Under the pieces are notes generated by a model. It had not been told where the DNA came from. It saw only the letters and a list, made by a program, of their open reading frames with translations, and searched no databases. Shown here in pieces: positions 50,078-59,094 of a stretch of DNA of 64,000 nucleotides. Within the stretch, counting starts at the first letter, position 1, and each line of letters begins with the position of its first letter. This stretch comes from Candidatus Latescibacterota bacterium (GTDB lineage Bacteria; JAAXHH01): assembly GCA_022822725.1 (NCBI GenBank), contig JAJEAN010000007.1:1125045-1189044 (forward strand), given 5' to 3'. Both the position numbers and the translations under genes were made by a program.

Positions 50078-51139
50078 ATGGATACGATGATGCCCCAGGC
50101 GGTCCGGGAGGCCTTGAAAGAAGGCGTGGTGATCCCGGCTCATCCGCTGGCCGTTACGGCGGACAGGCGCCTGGATGAACGACGCCAAAGGGCGCTGACC
50201 AGATACTACATCGCAGCCGGTGCGGGCGGTCTCGCCGTGGGCGTCCACACGACCCAGTTCGAGATCCGGGGCCCGGCATACGGGCTTTACGAACCGGTGC
50301 TCGGCCTGGCCGCGGAGGTGATGGACCGGGAGGCGCCGGCGGAATTCATCCGGATCGCCGGGATCTGCGGGAAAACGGCGCAGGCGGGGCAGGAAGCGGA
50401 AACGGCACGGTCCCTCGGCTACCACGCGGGCCTGCTCAGCCTGACCGCCATGAAAGGCGCCACCGACGACGAACTCATCACGCACTGCCGGACCGTGGCC
50501 GACGTGATTCCCGTCATGGGATTCTACCTGCAGCCCGCCGTCGGCGGCCTCGTGCTCCCCTACCGCTTCTGGCGCCGCTTCGTTGAACTGGAGGGCGTCG
50601 TGGCCATCAAGGTCGCGGCCTTCAATCGGTACCACACGCTCGACGTGCTGAGAGCCCTGGCGGAATCGGGCAGGCAGGAAGAGATCACGCTTTACACGGG
50701 CAATGACGACAACATCGTGATGGACCTTCTGACGGAGCACGCGTTCCTGTGCGGCGCCGCGCGCCGATCGGTGCGGTTCAAAGGCGGGCTGCTTGGTCAC
50801 TGGGCCGTGTGGACCCGCGGAGCGGTTGAACTGCTGCGGGCATGCCACGGCGCCGCCCTGTCCGGCGAGGCCGTACCCCAAAGTCTGCTGACCCGGTCGA
50901 TCGAGGTTACGGACTGCAACGCGGCCTTCTTCGATCCGGCCCACGATTTCGCCGGATGCATCCCCGGAATACACGAGGTGCTTCGCAGGCAGGGACTGCT
51001 CGAGGGCACATGGTGCCTGAATCCGGAAGAAACGCTTTCACCAGGCCAGTACGAGGAAATAGACCGGGTATACCGCGCCTATCCTCATCTCAACGACGAT
51101 CAGTTTGTCGCCGAAAACCTGGATGACTGGCTCGGATGA
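50078..51139 (+). CDS. DapA/NAL-family class I aldolase (dihydrodipicolinate-synthase-like)
   Basis: N-terminal alignment to DapA (VVIPAHPL..GVHTTQFE) and candidate Schiff-base Lys in VAIKVAAFN. Confidence 0.65.
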   Translation: MDTMMPQAVREALKEGVVIPAHPLAVTADRRLDERRQRALTRYYIAAGAGGLAVGVHTTQFEIRGPAYGLYEPVLGLAAEVMDREAPAEFIRIAGICGKTAQAGQEAETARSLGYHAGLLSLTAMKGATDDELITHCRTVADVIPVMGFYLQPAVGGLVLPYRFWRRFVELEGVVAIKVAAFNRYHTLDVLRALAESGRQEEITLYTGNDDNIVMDLLTEHAFLCGAARRSVRFKGGLLGHWAVWTRGAVELLRACHGAALSGEAVPQSLLTRSIEVTDCNAAFFDPAHDFAGCIPGIHEVLRRQGLLEGTWCLNPEETLSPGQYEEIDRVYRAYPHLNDDQFVAENLDDWLG

Positions 51140-51186
51140 TCGGCCAGTCAGGATGAACATCTGATAAACCGGAAACGGAGCGAAAC

Positions 51187-52302
51187 GTGAAGATAACCCG
51201 AATCGAAGCCATTCCCATCGAAGTGCCGCTCAAGCAGGGCATGACCACGAAAACGGCCCATGGCGAGCACATCGTCTCCCCCTATGTCATCCTCCGGGTT
51301 CACACGGACGAGGGGCTGACCGGACTGGGCGAGGCTACGGTCGCGCCGCGCTGGAGCGGAGAAACGTCCGCCTCCTGTACCGCTGCCGTCCGGGACCTGG
51401 TGGAACCCGCGCTGAAGGGCGAGGACCCGGCGGACGTGAACCGGCTCTGCGGCGTCATGGACGAAGTCATCAAGCTGAACCCCTTCACCAAGGCGGCCGT
51501 GGAGATGGCGCTGTGGGACCTGGCCGGGAAGAGCGCGGGCAGGCCCCTCTACCAGCTGCTGGGCGGAAAGGTCCGGCAGGAAATCCCTATGAAAATGGTG
51601 GTCGGCGCCTTCGACGTACCGACTTCCGTGGCCCTGGCGGAAAAGTTCCTGCAGTGGGGCGTTCAGTGTCTCAAGGTCAAAGTGGGGCTGGACCCCGAAG
51701 AGGACCTCGAACGCGTCCGGGCGGTCCGTGCGCTGGCCGGCCCCGACATACGAATGAGCATCGACGCGAATTGCGGGTGGCCGCCGGCGGTGGCGCGCCG
51801 CATGCTTCGCCTCCTCGAACCGCTGGACATCCTCTTCGCCGAACAGCCTTCCGCACCGCAGTTCGACGATGAAGCGGCCCTGATCCGCACGGGCACGACC
51901 ATCCCCATCATGGCGGACGAAAGCGTATTCACCCTTCACGACGCCATGCAGACCGCCCTTCGCCGGTCCGCCGATATCATCAGCGTCTATCCGGGCAAGA
52001 ACGGGGGCATCGGACAGACGCTGGGCATTTCGCACGTGGCGAGCGCGGCGGGGCTGCGTTGCCACATGGGCAGCAATCTCGAGCTGGGGATCGGCACGGC
52101 GGCCATGCTTCACGTAGCGGCCAGCGTGGAAGCCATCGACAGTGAGACCTATCCCGGCGACCTCCTCGGCCCGCTGTATCATGAAGGCGATATGATCGAG
52201 ACGCCGCTGGAACTCGGACCGGTCACCGCCAGGATCCCGGACGGCCCGGGACTCGGGGTCACCCTGGATGAAGCGCAGGTCGCACGCTGGAAGGACAGAT
52301 AA
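51187..52302 (+). CDS. Mandelate racemase/muconate lactonizing enzyme family (enolase superfamily)
   Basis: KVKVG, metal ligands D (SIDANCGW), E (FAEQP) and D (MADES). Confidence 0.85.
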   Translation: MKITRIEAIPIEVPLKQGMTTKTAHGEHIVSPYVILRVHTDEGLTGLGEATVAPRWSGETSASCTAAVRDLVEPALKGEDPADVNRLCGVMDEVIKLNPFTKAAVEMALWDLAGKSAGRPLYQLLGGKVRQEIPMKMVVGAFDVPTSVALAEKFLQWGVQCLKVKVGLDPEEDLERVRAVRALAGPDIRMSIDANCGWPPAVARRMLRLLEPLDILFAEQPSAPQFDDEAALIRTGTTIPIMADESVFTLHDAMQTALRRSADIISVYPGKNGGIGQTLGISHVASAAGLRCHMGSNLELGIGTAAMLHVAASVEAIDSETYPGDLLGPLYHEGDMIETPLELGPVTARIPDGPGLGVTLDEAQVARWKDR

Positions 52303-52329
52303 ACACACCGAACCACAGAAAGGACAACC

Positions 52330-53388
52330 ATGCCTGACGATCGGACATACAGAGCCTGCGTGGTGGGCTTGAGCGGCATCGGGGCGGGGCGGCCCAATGT
52401 CGAAGGCGACCACGGAATGGGCCACGTAATGCCCAACTGCCACGTACCCGCCTATGCCCAATTACCGTTCACGGAAGTCGTCGGCGTCTGCGACCTGAAG
52501 GACGATCTCGTGCAGGGCACCCTGAAGGACTGGTCGGTCACCTTTCCCGGTTTGCGGGGGTTTGCGGACTATAGGGAAATGCTCGAAACCTGCAAGCCCG
52601 ATATTCTGAGCGTGGTCACCTCGGACCATCGCCACGCCGACATCGTCGTGGACGCGGTCGAGGCCGGCGTCCGGGGTATATATTGCGAAAAACCCATCGC
52701 CACCTCACTGGCGGACGCCGACCGCATGATCGCCGCGGTGGAGCGCGGGAACGTGCCCATGACCATCAACCACACCCGCCGCTGGGGAACGGTATACAGG
52801 GAGGTCAAGAAACTGCTCGATGACGGTGTGATCGGCGAATTGAAACGCATCGTGCTGAACTTCGGCGGTCCCAGGGCCATTCTCTTTCGCAATGGCACCC
52901 ACATGATCGATATGACCTGTTTTCTGGCGGGATCGCGGCCCGCCTGGGTTTTCGCCGAACTCGACGAAGGCTACGAGGACTACTGGCCCTACCAGGGCGA
53001 CGGCGGCCGGAACGCGGACCTGGAACCGGGCTGCTCCGGCTTCATCCATTTCGAGAACGGCGTGCGGGCCTTCTATAACGGTTCCAAGGGACGGGAATGC
53101 CGCGGAGGATACCAGCTGGACGGCACCGACGGATGGATGTTCGTCCACGAGGACTATTACGAGATCGACAAGGGTGACGGGATCCAGACCATCGCGCCGA
53201 AGGGACCGACCCATTACTATTCTTCGGCCGCCGTCCGGGACCTCGTCCACGTCATGGAACACGGCGGGGAAACCGTCTCGCCGCCGCGCGCGGCGCGGGA
53301 CACCCTGGAGATCATCCTGGGCTTCCTCGCGTCGCAGAAGCACGGCAACGTACGCATCGATTTTCCGCTGGACGAAAACGCCGTATAA
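52330..53388 (+). CDS. Gfo/Idh/MocA family oxidoreductase
   Basis: CVVGLSGIG and CEKPIA. Confidence 0.8.
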   Translation: MPDDRTYRACVVGLSGIGAGRPNVEGDHGMGHVMPNCHVPAYAQLPFTEVVGVCDLKDDLVQGTLKDWSVTFPGLRGFADYREMLETCKPDILSVVTSDHRHADIVVDAVEAGVRGIYCEKPIATSLADADRMIAAVERGNVPMTINHTRRWGTVYREVKKLLDDGVIGELKRIVLNFGGPRAILFRNGTHMIDMTCFLAGSRPAWVFAELDEGYEDYWPYQGDGGRNADLEPGCSGFIHFENGVRAFYNGSKGRECRGGYQLDGTDGWMFVHEDYYEIDKGDGIQTIAPKGPTHYYSSAAVRDLVHVMEHGGETVSPPRAARDTLEIILGFLASQKHGNVRIDFPLDENAV

Positions 53389-53411
53389 ATTGCCATGAGT
53401 GATCACCGGCC

Positions 53412-55454
53412 ATGAGCGTTCGCATCGCCATAGACACGGGCGGCACGTTTACCGATCTCGTCCTGTCCGATCCCGGGACGGGCCGCCTGGTGTTCCACAA
53501 GGTGCCGAGCACGCCGGCCGATCCGAGCCGGGCGCTGGTGGACGGGGTCAAGGACCTCGTCAACCGGGCCGGCGTCGCGCATGAGGATATCCTGTTCCTC
53601 ATACACGGCACCACGGTGGCTACCAATACCATCCTGCAGCGGCAGGGCGCCCACACGGCCTTCATTACCACCGAGGGCTTCCGGGACGTGCTCCATATAC
53701 AGCGGCAGGACCGGCCCCACCTGTACAACATGCGTGTTCGCCGGCCCCCCGCCCTCGTGCCCCGGTCCCTGCGGTATGAACTGCCGGAGCGCATCCTGTA
53801 CGACGGATCGGAAGCGCTTCCCGTAAACACGAATCGACTGGAAGAACTGGTGGAATCGCTCAGGGCGGAAGGGATAGAAGCGGTCGGCATCGGGTTGCTG
53901 CACAGCCATATCAATCCCGAACACGAGCGGTCCGTCGGCGCAGTGCTGCGGCGGGCGCTGCCGGACGCCACCGTCTGCCTCTCATCCGATCTGAGCCGGG
54001 AAGAAGGCGAATACGAGCGGTTCAGCACCTGTGCCATGAACGCCTACGTGCAGCCGGTGATGACGAACTACCTGAAACGGGTGAACGATGCGCTGTCCGA
54101 GGCTTCAGTCGCCGCGCCGCTATACGTAATGAAGTCAAACGGCGGAGTCACTTCGGCCGAGCACGCCGCCGATCATTGCGTGCATACGTTCCTGTCGGGC
54201 CCGGCCGGCGGTGTGGTGGCCGGCGCGGAGATCGGCCGGCGGCTCGATCGCCCCAACCTCATTACGGCCGACATGGGCGGGACCAGCTTCGACGTGGCCA
54301 TGATCCATAAACGGAATATCGCCTTCGCGAAGAACGCGGAAATAGACGGACTGGCCCTGAAGGCGCCGATGATGGATATACACACGATCGGTGCGGGAGG
54401 CGGAAGCATCGCGTGGATCGATTCCGGCGGTGCCCTGCGGGTGGGACCGCGATCCGCGGGGGCCAGGCCGGGCCCCGCCTGCTACCCGAAAGGTGGCGAC
54501 GAACCCACGGTGACGGACGCGAACCTGGTGCTGGGCCGGCTCTCGACAGACAGCCTGCTGGGCGGCGCGATTACCCTCGATCCGTCCTCCGCCCGGCGTG
54601 TGATCGAGCACAAGATAGCCTCCAGGCTGAACTGTACCGTGGAGGAAGCCGCCGAAGGCATCATCCGGGTGATCAACGCCTCCATGACGGCGGCCATCCG
54701 CAAGCTCACCGTGGAACGGGGATACGATCCGCGCCGGTTCACGCTGGTGCCCTTCGGCGGCGCGGGACCGCTTCACGGCGTCGAACTCGCCCGGGAACTG
54801 GACGTAAGCGACATAGTAGTTCCCCTTGCGCCCGGCGTCGCCTCGGCCGAGGGCCTGGTTTTCTCGAATTTGCGATCGGACAGGATCCAGACGCACGTGG
54901 AATTGCTGGCAAGGCTCGAGGAAACTGAATTCGAGAAGATGCTGGAAGACCTGGCCGTGCAGGCGGCGGGGGACTTGACTTCCTCGGCGGAGGCAAGCGA
55001 TCCGGTAATCAGCAGGCGTGTAGGCCTCAGATACGCGGGACAGGGCTACGACATTCCGATCGATCTGCCTGGTGGTCCCGTTGACCTTCCTGCCCTCGAA
55101 TCGGCCTTTCATGTCGAACACGAGCGGCAGTACGGCTTCGCGCGCCGGGATCAGCGGGTCCAACTGGTCAACATATGGGTTTCCGCGGAATTGCCGATCT
55201 CGGACGACCTGCGCAGACCCTCGGAACGGGCCGAATCAAAGCAGCCCGCACCGCGTTCCACCCGCCCCGTCTACCTGTCCGGCAACTGGCACGAAACGGC
55301 TGTCTACGAACGGTCCCGGTTGCGTCCGGGCCAGCGGATCGAAGGACCGGCCATCATAGAGCAGCTTGATTCGACGACGTTGATCTGGCCCGGTGGGCAC
55401 GCCTGTATAGATGCCTGGGATCAGATCGCCGTCGCGGGTGTGGAGACGCCATGA
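53412..55454 (+). CDS. hyuA: Hydantoinase/oxoprolinase family, A subunit (ATP-dependent cyclic amide hydrolase)
   Basis: IAIDTGGTFTD N-terminus, DMGGTSFD; 680 aa. Confidence 0.85.
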   Translation: MSVRIAIDTGGTFTDLVLSDPGTGRLVFHKVPSTPADPSRALVDGVKDLVNRAGVAHEDILFLIHGTTVATNTILQRQGAHTAFITTEGFRDVLHIQRQDRPHLYNMRVRRPPALVPRSLRYELPERILYDGSEALPVNTNRLEELVESLRAEGIEAVGIGLLHSHINPEHERSVGAVLRRALPDATVCLSSDLSREEGEYERFSTCAMNAYVQPVMTNYLKRVNDALSEASVAAPLYVMKSNGGVTSAEHAADHCVHTFLSGPAGGVVAGAEIGRRLDRPNLITADMGGTSFDVAMIHKRNIAFAKNAEIDGLALKAPMMDIHTIGAGGGSIAWIDSGGALRVGPRSAGARPGPACYPKGGDEPTVTDANLVLGRLSTDSLLGGAITLDPSSARRVIEHKIASRLNCTVEEAAEGIIRVINASMTAAIRKLTVERGYDPRRFTLVPFGGAGPLHGVELARELDVSDIVVPLAPGVASAEGLVFSNLRSDRIQTHVELLARLEETEFEKMLEDLAVQAAGDLTSSAEASDPVISRRVGLRYAGQGYDIPIDLPGGPVDLPALESAFHVEHERQYGFARRDQRVQLVNIWVSAELPISDDLRRPSERAESKQPAPRSTRPVYLSGNWHETAVYERSRLRPGQRIEGPAIIEQLDSTTLIWPGGHACIDAWDQIAVAGVETP

Positions 55455-57142
55455 AGACCGACCCCATTACGCTGGAGCTGATGCGCAACCGGTGGACGGG
55501 CATCGCGGAAGAAATGTGCGCCGCCCTGATCCGCACCAGTTACTCCACCAACATCAAGGACCGCCGGGACTGCTCCGCGGCCATCGTGCAGCCCACGGGG
55601 GAGATCCTGGCCCAGGCCGAATCGGGCGTGCCGCTCCATCTCGGCGTGATGCCCGGGGTAGTCCGGTCCATCCTGGAAGCCTACCCCGTGTCGGTCATGC
55701 GGCCAGGCGACGTCTATATCACGAACCTGCCGTATCCGGAAGGACCGGGGCATCTGCCGGACGTTTCCCTGGTCTCCGCCATATTTCACGAAGGGCGACC
55801 CATCGCGCTCGCGGCATCCACCGCCCACCACGTGGACATGGGCGGGTTCGCACCCGGCAGCATGCCTTTCGGAGTGACGGAAATCTACCAGGAGGGGCTG
55901 CAGATCCCTCCGCTTCCCATCTTCAAAGAGGGACGGCTCGACGAAGAGATCTATAAACTGATCAACCAGAACGTGCGGACGCAGTACGAAGTGCGCGGGG
56001 ACTTGATGGCCCAGTTCGCCTGCGCCCAGATCGGCCAGCAGCGGGTGAGTGAGCTCATGTCCCGGGAGTCTCCGGCTGAAGTCATTCGCTACATGGACGA
56101 GATCCAGGACTATGCGGAACGCAGGATGCGCGCGGGGATAGGGACCCTTCCGGACGGCGCGTATACCTTCGAGGATTACCTGGACGACGACGGGGTCACC
56201 GATGAGCCGGTTAAAATCATGGTCACCCTGACTGTCTCGGGCGACGCGTTGCGCGCGGATTTCTCAGGGAGCAGCGACCAGGTCCTGGGTCCGCTGAACG
56301 CACGTCTGCCGGCGGCCCATTCCTGCATCAGCTACGTCTGCAAGGCGGTGATCGATCCCGATCTGCCTGCCTGCGCCGGGGCGTACAGGCCCCTGGATAT
56401 CTTCGCCCCGGAGGGTTCCATCCTACAGGCTACCTACCCCGCGGCCATCGGCAATGCCAATATCCTGACGGACCAGCGCGTCGTGGACGTGCTGATGGGC
56501 GCACTGTACCAGGCTGCGCCCGGCCGGGTGTGCGCGGCCTGCAGCGGCGAGATGAACCTGGTCAATATCGGCGGGATCGATCCCGCTTCCGGGGATTACT
56601 ACAACTACGTGGAAACCTATGCAGGCGGCCAGGGCGCCATGTACGACCTCGACGGCGAAGACGGCGTGCATACCCACCTCACCAACACGCGGAACGCGCC
56701 GGTCGAAGTCATGGAGCGCACTTACCCGCTGAGGGTCGAGCGGTACGGCCTGATCCCCGACACCGACGGACCAGGACGCCGGCGCGGCGGTTGCGGCATG
56801 ATGCGGGAACTGAAGTGCCTGGGAGAACGCACCATCATCACGCTGGGATCCGACCGGCGGAAATTCACGCCGTGGGGCCTCGAAGGCGGCGGCAACGCGA
56901 CGGGCGCCCACTGTTACGTCATCGACACCGAAGGACGCGAGAAGGAAATACCTACCAAGGCCCACACCGAACTGTACAAAAACGACGTCCTGAGGATCGA
57001 GACGCCCGGCGGCGGCGGCTGGGGAGACCCGGCGGAGCGGGACCGCACCATGGTGCAGGAGGACGTCCGGAACGGGCTCGTAAGCGAGAAAAGGGCGAAC
57101 GAACAGTACGGTTGCAGGCAGGACCGGAAACCGGAAAACTGA
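55451..57142 (+). CDS. hyuB: Hydantoinase/oxoprolinase family, B subunit
   Basis: 4 nt ATGA overlap with hyuA; Hydantoinase_B fold; 563 aa. Confidence 0.85.
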   Translation: MKTDPITLELMRNRWTGIAEEMCAALIRTSYSTNIKDRRDCSAAIVQPTGEILAQAESGVPLHLGVMPGVVRSILEAYPVSVMRPGDVYITNLPYPEGPGHLPDVSLVSAIFHEGRPIALAASTAHHVDMGGFAPGSMPFGVTEIYQEGLQIPPLPIFKEGRLDEEIYKLINQNVRTQYEVRGDLMAQFACAQIGQQRVSELMSRESPAEVIRYMDEIQDYAERRMRAGIGTLPDGAYTFEDYLDDDGVTDEPVKIMVTLTVSGDALRADFSGSSDQVLGPLNARLPAAHSCISYVCKAVIDPDLPACAGAYRPLDIFAPEGSILQATYPAAIGNANILTDQRVVDVLMGALYQAAPGRVCAACSGEMNLVNIGGIDPASGDYYNYVETYAGGQGAMYDLDGEDGVHTHLTNTRNAPVEVMERTYPLRVERYGLIPDTDGPGRRRGGCGMMRELKCLGERTIITLGSDRRKFTPWGLEGGGNATGAHCYVIDTEGREKEIPTKAHTELYKNDVLRIETPGGGGWGDPAERDRTMVQEDVRNGLVSEKRANEQYGCRQDRKPEN

Positions 57143-57153
57143 CGGGATCCAAT

Positions 57154-57171
57154 CGACCGGATTCGGGGTCG
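57154..57171 (+). terminator. GC hairpin after hyuB (no U-tract)
   Basis: cgacc-ggattcgg-ggtcg. Confidence 0.2.
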
Positions 57172-57238
57172 GCTCAACTACGGAATCTGGAAATGACGAC
57201 CGGTCGGAACGGCACGAAACAGCGCGGTCACCCAGGCG

Positions 57239-58000
57239 TCAGTAGAGGCCCGGTACCAGGGCCCTGCGATTTGCCGGATAATCGCTGAACGTTTCCCGGT
57301 ACCATCGGTGGTTGCTCCGTGCCCGCGGGGCGAGATTGGCGATGGCGAACAGCATGAATGCAAGGCCGCACGACGACCAGGTGGCGACCGCCCAGCCTGC
57401 CCATTCGAGGATTTCCCCCAGGTAGTTCGGACACGAGACGAAGCGGAACCCGCCGCCCCGCGGTATCGCATAGCCCGTCTCACCGGGCCGGCGCAGGCGC
57501 ATGAGCGTGTTGTCGGCGTGGAGGTTGAGCGCGAACCCGGCGAGGAATATCCCGACCCCGATCAGGAAGCGGGGGTCGGCGATCCATTCAGTGGCGTACT
57601 CGCCGAATTCCGAAACGAAGCGGGCGTTGATGTACGCGTTGACCGCATTGAACAGAAAGCCGGAGCCGACCACCACAAGGGGCGTCTTCCGGCCGCTTGC
57701 CCGGACACGAAACGGATAGACGAAGGTCCGGTTCAGATAGTGGCCCTGCCACATGGCCAGGAACAGCAGCGGCACGAACTGGAACGCGCCCTTGCCATTG
57801 AGATAGACGACGAGGAAGACCGCGGGTGCCGGCAACTCCATGATGATCCACGCGAGCCTGGCGGAAACGTGTGGCCCCCAGCCCGCACCCGCGTAGTGGC
57901 GTCCGTAGGGCGCGGTCCTGCGTAGCAGGTACAGGAACGTCACGGGCGCCGACGCAATGATCGCCCATATCAGTATCCCGTGCAGACGTTCTTCGGTCAT
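57239..58000 (-). CDS. Steroid 5-alpha-reductase/DUF1295 family membrane NADPH reductase
   Basis: 253 aa, about 6 TM, C-terminal FRFVSCPNYLGEILEWAGWA typical of 3-oxo-5-alpha-steroid 4-dehydrogenase C-terminal domain. Its start abuts the upstream stop (58000/58001). Confidence 0.7.
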   Translation of the reverse strand: MTEERLHGILIWAIIASAPVTFLYLLRRTAPYGRHYAGAGWGPHVSARLAWIIMELPAPAVFLVVYLNGKGAFQFVPLLFLAMWQGHYLNRTFVYPFRVRASGRKTPLVVVGSGFLFNAVNAYINARFVSEFGEYATEWIADPRFLIGVGIFLAGFALNLHADNTLMRLRRPGETGYAIPRGGGFRFVSCPNYLGEILEWAGWAVATWSSCGLAFMLFAIANLAPRARSNHRWYRETFSDYPANRRALVPGLY

Positions 58001-59029
58001 TCACGCCTCTTCACTCAGCATGCCGTGTTCGTCGAACCAGCGGTACGTGTCCTCTATCGATTCCGCGAGCGAGCGCGGGTTGAACCCGAGTTCCGCCCGC
58101 GCCTTGGTGCTGGATATCCGCCGATTGGCATGGGCCATGACGCGGACGGATGCTGGCGTGTAGAGCGGAGGACGTCCACGAAACCGATCCAGGACGACCT
58201 GGAAGGGTGCCCATACCCGGGCGGCGAAAATGGGGAACTGGAGGCGGGGTGCGGCTACTCCGGTCGCCTGCTCGCAAAGCTCCGCCAGTTCTTGCACGGT
58301 GTGCCAGTTTCCTGACAGCAGGTAGTTCTCTCCACATCTCCCCTGAGTCTCTGCGGCTATCGCGGCCGACGAGACATCGCGCACGTCAACCCAGTCGTAA
58401 CCACCTGCGATCAGCGCGGGAAGCCGCCTGCGGCGGAGGTCGAGAAACAGCTGCCCCATCGGCGACGGAGCGCCGTCATAGGGGCCGATCACGCTGGTCG
58501 GATTCAGGATCACGGCATCGAGGCCGCGGTCGATGCCGCAACGGACTTCCGCTTCGCCGGCGGCTTTCGAACGGTCGTAAGGCGCGGCGCGGCGGCTGTC
58601 GGCCGGACGGCGGCTTTCATCGAGCACTTCGTCCAGCGGGTGCTGGTCGAACGCGTGGATGGAGGAAACGTGAACCAGGCGCCGTACACCGCATGCAAGG
58701 GCCGCTTCCACGACATTGCGGGTGCCCAGGACATTCGTGCGATGGAAATCCCGGGCCCTTACGGTGCCGATCGAGACCAGCGCGGCCAGATGGAACACGG
58801 TTTCCGCGCCCGTGAAGGCCGCGATCAGCGATTCCTTGTCGAGCAGGTCGCCATTGACCCATGTAATGCCGAGATCCGCCACGGTCCCTCGACGCTTCCG
58901 GAAGGTCGCACGGACCCGGCGGGGCCCGTACTTGTCGGCAAGAGCCCGTGCCAATACCCCGCCGATCTGCCCGCTCGCACCCGTAATCACCCGTACGCTG
59001 TGAGGCCGTCCGTCGTCAGATGATCTCAT
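58001..59029 (-). CDS. Extended-SDR, 3beta-hydroxysteroid-dehydrogenase/NAD-epimerase family
   Basis: ATG at 59029; ITGASGQIGG; NVLGTRNVVEAA (3beta-HSD-like); YDRSK catalytic dyad. Confidence 0.7.
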   Translation of the reverse strand: MRSSDDGRPHSVRVITGASGQIGGVLARALADKYGPRRVRATFRKRRGTVADLGITWVNGDLLDKESLIAAFTGAETVFHLAALVSIGTVRARDFHRTNVLGTRNVVEAALACGVRRLVHVSSIHAFDQHPLDEVLDESRRPADSRRAAPYDRSKAAGEAEVRCGIDRGLDAVILNPTSVIGPYDGAPSPMGQLFLDLRRRRLPALIAGGYDWVDVRDVSSAAIAAETQGRCGENYLLSGNWHTVQELAELCEQATGVAAPRLQFPIFAARVWAPFQVVLDRFRGRPPLYTPASVRVMAHANRRISSTKARAELGFNPRSLAESIEDTYRWFDEHGMLSEEA

Positions 59030-59094
59030 TGCGAATGACTCGATCCGCGAATCGTAGACCGGACCAGGCGCTGGAGAAGCAGGCTCATGCGAAC

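Noticed and set aside
57239-58000. Alternative call of the DUF1295 protein as isoprenylcysteine carboxyl methyltransferase or phospholipid methyltransferase
   Set aside because: The C-terminal motif FRFVSCPNYLGE..EW matches the steroid 5-alpha-reductase C-terminal signature better. Both share a fold, so this remains uncertain.
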